The notes below the pieces were generated by a model. That model was not told the origin of the DNA, did not search any database, and saw only the letters and a program-made list of their open reading frames with translations. From contig CAKONK010000001.1 in assembly GCA_934097085.1 (NCBI GenBank), positions 4,221 through 68,220 of the forward strand: a DNA stretch of 64,000 nucleotides, given 5' to 3'. The DNA comes from an uncultured Bacilli bacterium. Its GTDB lineage: Bacteria > Bacillota_I > Bacilli_A > RF39 > UBA660. Shown in pieces: positions 42,864 through 51,272 of the stretch; within the stretch, counting starts at the first letter, position 1, and every line of letters begins with the position of its first letter. The position numbers and the translations under genes are program-made.

Positions 42864-43361
42864 TTATCTTCCTAGAGTTTCTTCAACTTCTTCTTTAAGA
42901 ACTTTTCCTCTTATTTCAATTTTAATATTACCATATGGAGCTTGACAATCAACGATAGATCCAATTTCTTTTCCATAAATAGCCATACCAATTGGAGATG
43001 AAGTGCTTAATAAATTTGGATTGTACTCTTCAATATGATTTACAATAGTTACTGTACTTGGAAATTGTGTTCCATCTGGATTAGTAATTACCAAATCAAG
43101 TGTATCTCCATCATTTACTAAATTCTCATTAGCAAGTGTAGGATCTACTATTTCAGCAGTAGCTAATTCTTGATTAATTTGCATTATCTCTTTATTTGTA
43201 GTTTCTTCCATTTGAGAAAGTAAACCAAAATATGGTTCATTTGCATCATATCCAGCACTACCTTGGAATTCATTTCTTTCACTTCTGATTTTTTCTAATC
43301 TACCCTTTAAAAAGTCAATTCTTTCATTCTTCTTTTGAGCTTCTTCAATTGTTAATCTCAT
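42864..43361 (-). CDS. GreA/GreB-family transcript cleavage factor-like protein
   Basis: C-terminal SPIGMAIYGKEIGSIV motif and an N-terminal coiled coil. Confidence 0.65.
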   Translation of the reverse strand: MRLTIEEAQKKNERIDFLKGRLEKIRSERNEFQGSAGYDANEPYFGLLSQMEETTNKEIMQINQELATAEIVDPTLANENLVNDGDTLDLVITNPDGTQFPSTVTIVNHIEEYNPNLLSTSSPIGMAIYGKEIGSIVDCQAPYGNIKIEIRGKVLKEEVEETLGR

Positions 43362-43400
43362 TTTTACCTTCCTTTCACTATTATAAATATAGCATAAATT

Positions 43401-44597
43401 TTAAGAATTTTCAACAACAAGTTTTCTTGTCATTTGCATATTTGAATCAATATAAATTGCATTAGTTTCTCCATTCCACTCTACGCTGTGTCCTAAAAGT
43501 TCTAAAACTTTGCGAAGTGGTACAAAAAATTCACCATTATTTTCAAAAATCGTCCCTTTTAAATCATAAATATTATTAATTGTTTGCATAATGCTAGTTC
43601 CTGGTATAAAGGTCAAATATTCATAATTATTTTTCAAAACAACTTTACCATCTTCATAAAATATATCAAATTCTAGCATTCTAGCAATATCAGTAAGTGA
43701 ATAATAATTAGAATTATCCACTTTAATTGAGCTTCTGTAAGGATAATAAACCCGGTTATTTACAATTAAATTACATTCATTATTTTCTAATTTTTGTTGT
43801 TCAGCTAATGTTTCAGAGGTTACTCCATTAATTAAATCAATCATCTTACTACTGTAAGTTTCTACGAATTTATCATGATCATTTGAGGGCCAAGGAAATT
43901 CTAAAAGTGTTCCTTCCGCTCCTAAAGTTGTAACCCACGAAGAATAGTAACCACTTCCATAACCTCCTGAATAAGGTAAATAAAAATTCTTACTAAATTT
44001 TTGATATAAATTATAACTTCCATAATAACCATTTAACCAGCCATGACAATCAATTACAATATCAGGTTTTATCTTAATTGTTACATCTCTTAAAGCTTGC
44101 GATTCAACAGCACTAAATGGCGCTTGTGTATAATACCTTGCACTATCCCTTTTTTGATGATAATAATCAAAGTCTCTATTTAAATCTACACCAGTACTTG
44201 TGCATCTTCCATAGCCATTATTTGTAATCCCTTCATAAGTACCATCAGGATTAGAGCATTTAATTACATAAAGTTCATAAGAACCTAATTTATCATAATT
44301 TTCCTCATAGTAAGCTATTATTTTTTCAGCTATACTTACTAGTAACTGGCCATCATACGCAAAAGCATCCTCAAAACCATGAATTGCAAAATTCAAAAGA
44401 ATTTTTTTACTATTTAAATTTTGTTTTTCATTTTCAATATGATAGTAATTTAAATCTCTACCAAGCTGGCTTTCCCCATATTTTTCTTCTGCATAAATGT
44501 ATGGTACATCAAGAGTCTTAGCATTAGCCTTAATTGTAAATGCTGTAAGAAGTGTATTAAATGCAAGAGCACTTGCTACCAATCTTTCTTTTTTCAT
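43401..44597 (-). CDS. Secreted M14 zinc carboxypeptidase with a C-terminal copper-amine-oxidase-N-like (stalk) domain
   Basis: Signal peptide, HGFEDA, CSNPDG, DLNRDF and IDCHGW. C-terminal VPLRKVLELLGHSVEWNGETNAIYI. Confidence 0.8.
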   Translation of the reverse strand: MKKERLVASALAFNTLLTAFTIKANAKTLDVPYIYAEEKYGESQLGRDLNYYHIENEKQNLNSKKILLNFAIHGFEDAFAYDGQLLVSIAEKIIAYYEENYDKLGSYELYVIKCSNPDGTYEGITNNGYGRCTSTGVDLNRDFDYYHQKRDSARYYTQAPFSAVESQALRDVTIKIKPDIVIDCHGWLNGYYGSYNLYQKFSKNFYLPYSGGYGSGYYSSWVTTLGAEGTLLEFPWPSNDHDKFVETYSSKMIDLINGVTSETLAEQQKLENNECNLIVNNRVYYPYRSSIKVDNSNYYSLTDIARMLEFDIFYEDGKVVLKNNYEYLTFIPGTSIMQTINNIYDLKGTIFENNGEFFVPLRKVLELLGHSVEWNGETNAIYIDSNMQMTRKLVVENS

Positions 44598-44651
44598 TGT
44601 ATTCTCCTTACCATAAAAATATCAAAGAATTTTCAGTTTGTAAAGAAAAAA

Positions 44652-45170
44652 TTAACAATTAGTCTGTTTTACTAAATATGTAAAGTTTATTGGATTATTT
44701 ACAAGGGCTGTTTGATCAAGATTATTTACATAAAAATTAGTTATAATATTATATTCTTCATCCGTATTCGGCTTAACTTTAAATGTATAAAGCACTATTT
44801 CATCTCCATTTTTAAATGAAGGAATTTCTTTTTCCTCACACAACCCTTCGATTAAAAAAGTAAGCTCTTTATTACTTTCATCAACACCTTTAGTTTTATC
44901 ATAATTTCCATCTGCTTTTAAAATATAATCAAGACATACATCATTATTACCATTTGTTTCATAAGTTATATATGCTTTTGATTTTAAAATAGTTTTTTTA
45001 TCTAAAAAATCAATGTTTGAATTAATATAATTATTATCATAATTAATAAACAAAAATGAATTTACTGGTGCTTTAACCTCATTAATTTCAAGTTTCTTTT
45101 TATAACAAAAATACGCTCCAATAGAAAGAAATACAAAAGTTAATAATGTTAATAGAATTTCTTTTTTCAT
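44652..45170 (-). CDS. Membrane-anchored hypothetical protein
   Basis: N-terminal TM helix. No other motif. Confidence 0.5.
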   Translation of the reverse strand: MKKEILLTLLTFVFLSIGAYFCYKKKLEINEVKAPVNSFLFINYDNNYINSNIDFLDKKTILKSKAYITYETNGNNDVCLDYILKADGNYDKTKGVDESNKELTFLIEGLCEEKEIPSFKNGDEIVLYTFKVKPNTDEEYNIITNFYVNNLDQTALVNNPINFTYLVKQTNC

Positions 45171-45979
45171 TTTACACCTTGACAGTTTTTACAATAATAG
45201 GTACTTCTTCCATCAATTTTAGCTTTTAATATTTTTTCATTACATATTTTGCAAGGTTTGCCCTCATTTTTATGAACAAGTAAATAGTCTTGATAACTAC
45301 CAGCATGATTTAAAGAAAATGTATAACTTTTTATAGTGGTTCCTTTATGTTTGATTGAATCATCAAGTATTTCTTTAGAATATTTTATGATATTTTCTAA
45401 ATCTTTTTTATTAATATCTTTCCCCTTCATAAAGGGGTTAATTTTTGATTTAAACAAGATTTCATCAGCATAAATATTACCAATACCAGATAGTATACTT
45501 TGATCGAGCAAAATAGTTTTAATGCATTTATTAGATTTATTTATTTTGTATAGTATTTCATCACTATACTCTACATTATTAGCATCAGGACCTACATTTT
45601 TTAAATAATCATTTATTTCATCTTTATTAATTAATTTCATTCTTCCAAACTTACGAGTATCATTATATCTTAAAGTAAAATTTTCAAAATAAAATATTAC
45701 ATGTTCATGTTTAGATATTTCTTCATTTAAGGGTTTAATATTAAATTTACCTTCCATACGAAGATGTGATATTAAATAGTATTTATCAAGTACAAATATT
45801 AAATATTTTCCTTTTCTTTGAATATCAATAAAGAAGTTATTAATAAGCTTTTGTTTGAATTCATTTATATCATTTTCAATCATTTTAGGGTATAAAATAT
45901 CTATATTAATAATCTTTTTATTCAAAATATTTTCTTTTAAATAATTTCTAACTGTTTCTACCTCTGGAAGTTCTGGCAT
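45167..45979 (-). CDS. mutM: Formamidopyrimidine-DNA glycosylase
   Basis: MPELPEVE N-terminus and C-terminal zinc finger CKICNEK...YYCKNCQ. Confidence 0.93.
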   Translation of the reverse strand: MPELPEVETVRNYLKENILNKKIINIDILYPKMIENDINEFKQKLINNFFIDIQRKGKYLIFVLDKYYLISHLRMEGKFNIKPLNEEISKHEHVIFYFENFTLRYNDTRKFGRMKLINKDEINDYLKNVGPDANNVEYSDEILYKINKSNKCIKTILLDQSILSGIGNIYADEILFKSKINPFMKGKDINKKDLENIIKYSKEILDDSIKHKGTTIKSYTFSLNHAGSYQDYLLVHKNEGKPCKICNEKILKAKIDGRSTYYCKNCQGVK

Positions 45980-45991
45980 AAAAATTCCTCC

Positions 45992-48538
45992 TTACTTCAA
46001 ATCATACCAGTTAGTTCCAACATCAGTGCTTACCTTAAGTGGTACAGCTAAACTAACTACATTTTCCATTGCATCTTTTACAATGTTTTCAACTTTTTCA
46101 AGTTCTTCATTTTTAACATCAAATATAAGTTCATCGTGAATTTGTAATACTAATTTACTTTGAATATTTTCTTTTGTAAAAATTTCATCAATTTTAATCA
46201 TTGCCATTTTAATAATATCGGCAGCACTCCCTTGAATTGGCGTATTAATAGCCATTCTTTCGCCAGATTTTCTAACCATAAAATTAGCATCATTTATTTC
46301 ACTTATTACTCTTTTTCTTCCATAATTTGTATAAACGAAACCATTTTCTTTAGCAAATGCAATCATTTTTTCCATATATTCTTTTACTTCAGGATAAAGA
46401 TGATAATACTTTTCAATAAACTCATCAGCCTCTTTTTTAGATATATGAAGATTTTCACCTAAACCAAAGCCACTTATTCCATATACAATTCCAAATATTA
46501 CCGCTTTAGCAGCACTTCTTTCAGCTTTTGTAACATCCTTTATATCTTTATTATGTATATCGGCAGCCACTCTTGCATGAATGTCGCCACCAGCATTAAA
46601 TGTATCAATCATAGGCTTAGAATTTATTGTTGAAGCAAGAATTCTTAACTCTATTTGTGAATAATCTAAACTTAAAAATACATCATTACTTGGTATAAAG
46701 GCTTTTCTAATTTGTTTACCCTCCTCAGTTTTAACAGGAATGTTCTGAAGATTTGGATGAATCGAAGAAAGTCTTCCAGTTCTTGCTACAGTTTGTTTAA
46801 ATATTGTATGAATTTTACCGTCAACTATATATTCCTTTAGGCCATCAATATATGTTGATTTAAGTTTAGATAGTCCACGATACTCTAAAATTAAATTAAT
46901 AATTGGATGAACATTTGCAAGTTTTTCTAAAGATGCTTCATCTGTTTTATAACTTGTTTTATTTTTTTTACCTTTACCCACCTGCATCTTTTCAAATAAG
47001 ATTTCGCCAAGTTGTTTCGGGGAAGAAATATTAAAATTCTCACCTGCATATTCATAAATCTTTGCAGTAATTTCCTCGAGTTTTTTAGAAATAATTTCTT
47101 TTTGATTATCTAAAACTTCACTTGATACTTTAATTCCCTCTTTTTCCATTTTAAGAAGTACCTTTGAAAGTGGAAGTTCTATTTTTTCATAAATATTATC
47201 TTGTTTATTTTCTTTCAAAAGATTATAATTATTCTCATAATTTTCAAATAAGAATTTTACTTTTAATAGTTCGTATTGAATATATTCAGGTGATTCATTC
47301 ATTTTAAGTAAATTATTAATCGTTGGAATTTCAAATCCATATTTTATTGCGGTAAATGAAATATCATCCTTGATATTATCTCCGTTTAAATATGAACAAA
47401 GTGAATAATCAAGTAATACATCAAAATTACTATTTAATAAATACTGGCATTTTTTACTATCAAAACATACTACTTTTTTATTGGTTAAATTTAAATACTT
47501 GATATTTTCTTTGGAAAAATAATAGAAAAATTTACCATCATATAATGAAGCACTTACTATACTTGCATTTGTATAGTCATCATTATCACACTCAATATAT
47601 AAAGAAACTATATCATTTGTTACAACATTAATGTTTTCATTTACTAAAATAAAATCTATTTTTTCATTCTTTTTTTCTTTTGTAAGATTACTTAAAAGTG
47701 AAGTAAATTCTAGTTTAGAAAATACATCATATAAAAGTTCATTATCAGGTCCTTCATATTTTAAATCATTTAAAGATATTTCAAGAGGAACATCACAGTA
47801 TATGGTTGCAAGTTTTTTTGACATAAAAGCATCCTCTTTGAAGGTAACAAGTTTATCGTGAATACTACCTTTTATTTCATCAATATGTTCATATAAATTT
47901 TCAATTGTTTGATAATTCTTTAAAAGTTTGATAGCGCCTTTTTCACCTATACCTTTAACACCAGGAATATTATCGGAACTATCACCCATTAAAGCTTTTA
48001 AATCAATCATATTAATAGGATCTACCCCATATTCCTCTTTAAAAGTTTTTTCATTAAATCGAATAAACCCTGTTTGCTTAAGAAGTTTAACATCAGTTTC
48101 AAAATTTATAAGTTGCAGTAAATCTTTATCCGATGATATTATTGTAGCATCAAAATCAGCATCTTTAACACACATTTTAACTAAAGTTCCAATGATATCA
48201 TCTGCTTCATAAGGTTCAAGTTCTAAATATTTTATACCCATTGCCGTAAGAATTTGCCTTGCATAAGGCATTTGCATTTTAAGTTCATCTGGTGTATTTT
48301 GTCTTCCCTCTTTATAAAAAGAAAACTCTTTTTTACGAAAATTTTTACCTACATCAAAAGCCACTGCTACATAAGATGGATTTTCTTCCTTAATTATTTT
48401 ATTAATCATATTTACAAAAGAAAATAATGCGTTTGTCGGAAGTCCTGTACTGGTTTTCATATTTGCTCCACTGTAAAAAGTTGCATAATAACTTCTAAAC
48501 ATTAAATTATTTCCATCAATTAAGATTATTTTTTTCAT
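45992..48538 (-). CDS. polA: DNA polymerase I
   Basis: 5' nuclease domain; polymerase motifs DYSQIELR, RSAAKAVIFGIVYG and LQIHDELIF. Confidence 0.97.
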   Translation of the reverse strand: MKKIILIDGNNLMFRSYYATFYSGANMKTSTGLPTNALFSFVNMINKIIKEENPSYVAVAFDVGKNFRKKEFSFYKEGRQNTPDELKMQMPYARQILTAMGIKYLELEPYEADDIIGTLVKMCVKDADFDATIISSDKDLLQLINFETDVKLLKQTGFIRFNEKTFKEEYGVDPINMIDLKALMGDSSDNIPGVKGIGEKGAIKLLKNYQTIENLYEHIDEIKGSIHDKLVTFKEDAFMSKKLATIYCDVPLEISLNDLKYEGPDNELLYDVFSKLEFTSLLSNLTKEKKNEKIDFILVNENINVVTNDIVSLYIECDNDDYTNASIVSASLYDGKFFYYFSKENIKYLNLTNKKVVCFDSKKCQYLLNSNFDVLLDYSLCSYLNGDNIKDDISFTAIKYGFEIPTINNLLKMNESPEYIQYELLKVKFLFENYENNYNLLKENKQDNIYEKIELPLSKVLLKMEKEGIKVSSEVLDNQKEIISKKLEEITAKIYEYAGENFNISSPKQLGEILFEKMQVGKGKKNKTSYKTDEASLEKLANVHPIINLILEYRGLSKLKSTYIDGLKEYIVDGKIHTIFKQTVARTGRLSSIHPNLQNIPVKTEEGKQIRKAFIPSNDVFLSLDYSQIELRILASTINSKPMIDTFNAGGDIHARVAADIHNKDIKDVTKAERSAAKAVIFGIVYGISGFGLGENLHISKKEADEFIEKYYHLYPEVKEYMEKMIAFAKENGFVYTNYGRKRVISEINDANFMVRKSGERMAINTPIQGSAADIIKMAMIKIDEIFTKENIQSKLVLQIHDELIFDVKNEELEKVENIVKDAMENVVSLAVPLKVSTDVGTNWYDLK

Positions 48539-48540
48539 TT

Positions 48541-49053
48541 TTACCTCCTAAGACTTTTATCATTTGTAAATTCTTTTGCACTTACATATATTGGATCAAT
48601 ATTTGGATTATATCTATTTTCTAAAGTATAGCCAAAATATTTTACATAATCTTTAGCTATAACAAGCATAAAGGTTGTATCAATTATTTTGCCTTCATCC
48701 TCAATCCAAGTATGTCTTCCATCTGGAGAATTCACCGTTCCAATTAAAAATTTATTTGTACCTCCACATAAATAAGGATTATCAAGTGAATAACTTACTT
48801 GTTTAGAACATACTGTGCAGTAGCCTAAATTAGCACCATCTCTAAATACTTCGCAAAATGAATTTACTCCTCTTGATCTTATATTTTGCATATCAAGTTT
48901 CTCCCATAATTCTTGTGAAAATCCAGTTACTTTTCCACTTTTAATACCTTCATCCACTATCTTTTTAAATTCAAGATTACTTGCATATAAATTCTTTAAT
49001 ATATCATAACATTTATAATTTTCAGTTCCATTTATTATTAATTTATCTAGCAT
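48541..49053 (-). CDS. Hypothetical protein, possibly a transglutaminase-like Cys-His-Asp fold
   Basis: The spacing of GYCTVCS ... GRHTWIEDEGKIIDTT resembles a transglutaminase-core Cys / His-x-W-x-E / Asp arrangement. Own promoter with extended -10 TGgTATACT and a GGGAG RBS. Confidence 0.4.
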   Translation of the reverse strand: MLDKLIINGTENYKCYDILKNLYASNLEFKKIVDEGIKSGKVTGFSQELWEKLDMQNIRSRGVNSFCEVFRDGANLGYCTVCSKQVSYSLDNPYLCGGTNKFLIGTVNSPDGRHTWIEDEGKIIDTTFMLVIAKDYVKYFGYTLENRYNPNIDPIYVSAKEFTNDKSLRR

Positions 49054-49191
49054 ATCTTACTCCCATATATATAGTATACCATAGATTTTAACTTTTAATA
49101 GAAAGAATATAACTTAGCTAAATTATTTTTTATAGTTTTAATTTATATTAAAATATAATAGCATGATTACTAATATTATACTATCCTCCAA

Positions 49192-49221
49192 TTGACACAT
49201 TATAGTTTTTTATGCTACAAT
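49192..49221 (+). promoter_or_regulatory. Near-consensus orphan sigma-A promoter on the plus strand
   Basis: TTGACA (49192-49197), 18-nt spacer, extended -10 TGcTACAAT (TACAAT at 49216-49221). Confidence 0.55.
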
Positions 49222-49227
49222 GTAGTC

Positions 49228-49277
49228 ATTAAAGAGGCAAAAGCGTTGACTTCACAACAAGGTTGTCTCTTTTTTTC
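49228..49277 (+). ncRNA. Candidate ~50-nt small RNA (promoter-proximal stem-loop plus U-tract)
   Basis: Outer stem agaggcaa (49233-40) / ttgtctct (49263-70) with one G-U pair, inner stem gttg/caac, then T6-7 (49270-76). No plus-strand ORF follows. Confidence 0.35.
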
Positions 49278-49435
49278 TTTGATATATTTTTATAAAATTA
49301 TTTTTGCCAACTAAAATTACTTCATTTTCTAATTTTTTAAGTATATTTTAAATTTCTCCCCTTCATATATATTTATTACCGGAAAATTTCTCATTTCCTC
49401 CTTTTTTTGATAAATTCCTAAAAAAGAATTAAAGT

Positions 49436-49485
49436 TTTACATTTTATTTACATAATTTCGTCATTTGTTTTACATTACTTTACAC
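49436..49485 (+). promoter_or_regulatory. Array of four phased TTTACA(T/C) direct repeats (array B)
   Basis: Copies start at 49436, 49447, 49469 and 49479, giving spacings of 11, 22 and 10 bp. Confidence 0.4.
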
Positions 49486-49500
49486 AATAAAATTAAGCAT

Positions 49501-49524
49501 TAAAAAAACTGGATTAATTCCAGT
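49501..49524 (-). terminator. Rho-independent terminator of truB
   Basis: Hairpin actgga-ttaat-tccagt followed by T6-7 in the minus sense, immediately after the stop codon. Confidence 0.7.
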
Positions 49525-50369
49525 TAAATAAGCATTATATCGCAAGCGTAAAAATCATCTTTTCTTTTATAAATTGCGATTTCTTCATTATTATAATATA
49601 GAAGTAATATATCTTCATTACTATCGACTTTTATATGAGAACCATTTTTTACTTTATTAAATTCTTCTTCGGTTAAATTATATGTTTTATAGTCAAATAA
49701 ATCTTTCACAGATAAAGCTTTATAATTACCATTTGCAATATCTTCGACAGTATATGAATCAGAAATATCAAAGTTTCCTTGTTTAGTTCTTACTAAATCA
49801 GACATTGTTCCAATAACATTTAATTTATCACATATAGTTTGTATTAAACTTCTTATATAGGTTCCTTTAGAGCAATTACACTTAAATACTATTTTATTTT
49901 TTTCATATGATATTAACTCTAAATTATAAATGTCAACTTCATTTGTAGGTAGTTTTACTTCTTCACCATTTCTTGCATATTCATATAGTTTTTTTCCATT
50001 TACTTTCTTTGCACTATAAATTGGTACTACTTGTTTATACTTACCAATTAATGAAGAAAATACTTTTTCAATATCCTCTTTAGAAACACTTACATCTTTT
50101 TGTTCTAAAACTTTACCAGTTATATCATATGTATCAGTTTTAATTCCTAAAGTAATTGTACCAATATACTCTTTATCTAAACTCATTAAACTATTTACAA
50201 GTTTTGTATATTTATTTATACATATAACAAGTACGCCTTGAGCTATTGGATCTAAAGTTCCGGTATGACCAATTCTCTTAGTATTAAATACTTTTGTTAA
50301 ATTATTTACTATATCCCTACTTGTTTTGCCTTTATCTTTGTTTACTAAAATTACTGCGTTCATAATCAT
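49524..50369 (-). CDS. truB: tRNA pseudouridine-55 synthase
   Basis: GHTGTLDPIAQGVL catalytic Asp motif and GTYIRSL. Confidence 0.93.
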   Translation of the reverse strand: MIMNAVILVNKDKGKTSRDIVNNLTKVFNTKRIGHTGTLDPIAQGVLVICINKYTKLVNSLMSLDKEYIGTITLGIKTDTYDITGKVLEQKDVSVSKEDIEKVFSSLIGKYKQVVPIYSAKKVNGKKLYEYARNGEEVKLPTNEVDIYNLELISYEKNKIVFKCNCSKGTYIRSLIQTICDKLNVIGTMSDLVRTKQGNFDISDSYTVEDIANGNYKALSVKDLFDYKTYNLTEEEFNKVKNGSHIKVDSNEDILLLYYNNEEIAIYKRKDDFYACDIMLI

Positions 50370-50928
50370 CTATATAAATAATACCTTTCTTTCTTTTTTC
50401 TTTTGGTACATAGATAAAATTTTTTAAACCATCAGTATCTGAAATATAACCTCTTTTAGATAAAACATCATTTAATAATTCATTATTAAAATAAGGATTT
50501 ATATATACTATTGATGGATAAATTGATTCTGAATAATTTTCTACTTCACTAATTAAGTAATTATAAAAACTTTTTTTTAATAGTTCCATATATTCTAAAT
50601 AATCTACAATAACAATATTATCTATTACCAATCCATTTTCTCTATGAAAAAGTAAATAAGCAATTAAATTATAATCATTTGAAATAGAAATTATTTTTTC
50701 ATCTTCCCTAGCAAGATTTTCCTTTACTAGACACGAAAAAAGATAGTTAGGATCATATTTTTGCAATATTAAACTATTACTATTTAATAAATTTCTTTTA
50801 CTAATTAATTCTAATCTATTTTTTCCATTAAAACACTTTGCATACTCATAAGCATTATTTAAAAGAGTACCCTTAAATCTCTTATCTATACTACCAACAT
50901 ATAACTTCATACCAAAACCCCATATCAT
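50332..50928 (-). CDS. Hypothetical protein (198 aa) between rbfA and truB
   Basis: ORF coupled to both neighbours by overlaps. No confident motif. Confidence 0.5.
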   Translation of the reverse strand: MIWGFGMKLYVGSIDKRFKGTLLNNAYEYAKCFNGKNRLELISKRNLLNSNSLILQKYDPNYLFSCLVKENLAREDEKIISISNDYNLIAYLLFHRENGLVIDNIVIVDYLEYMELLKKSFYNYLISEVENYSESIYPSIVYINPYFNNELLNDVLSKRGYISDTDGLKNFIYVPKEKRKKGIIYIDDYERSNFSKQR

Positions 50929-51272
50929 TAATCATTTTGATGTATTTTTTTAATTATATCATCAATTTTATTACCATATTCAATTGACTCATCATAAGTA
51001 AATTTTAAAAATGGTATATTTCTTGCATCAATTAATGAGGCAAGTTTACCTCTTATAAAAGGACTTGCTTCATTTACTTCTTTTTCAATTTCTTTTTTAG
51101 AAAGTGAAGAAAGTGATGTAAAATATACTTTACAATAACTAAAATCTTTTGCAAGTGAGCATCCAGTTATTGTAATACTTTTAAGTAATTCATCATGACA
51201 TTCTCTTTGAATAATCATTGGAATATATTTTTCAATATCACTTTCAATTCTTTTTACATTTAAACTAGGCAT
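50928..51272 (-). CDS. rbfA: Ribosome-binding factor A
   Basis: KRIESDIEKYIPMIIQRE...ITITGCSLAKDFSYCKVYF pattern, plus position after infB. Confidence 0.9.
   Translation of the reverse strand: MPSLNVKRIESDIEKYIPMIIQRECHDELLKSITITGCSLAKDFSYCKVYFTSLSSLSKKEIEKEVNEASPFIRGKLASLIDARNIPFLKFTYDESIEYGNKIDDIIKKIHQND

Noticed and set aside
49329-49394. A 21-codon minus-strand ORF (MRNFPVINIYEGEKFKIYLKN) behind GGAGG, considered as a type I toxin opposite the candidate sRNA
   Set aside because: The GGAGG is only 2 nt from the ATG. The peptide is hydrophilic rather than membrane-active like known type I toxins. I found no supporting conservation evidence. It is mentioned only in the sRNA finding.
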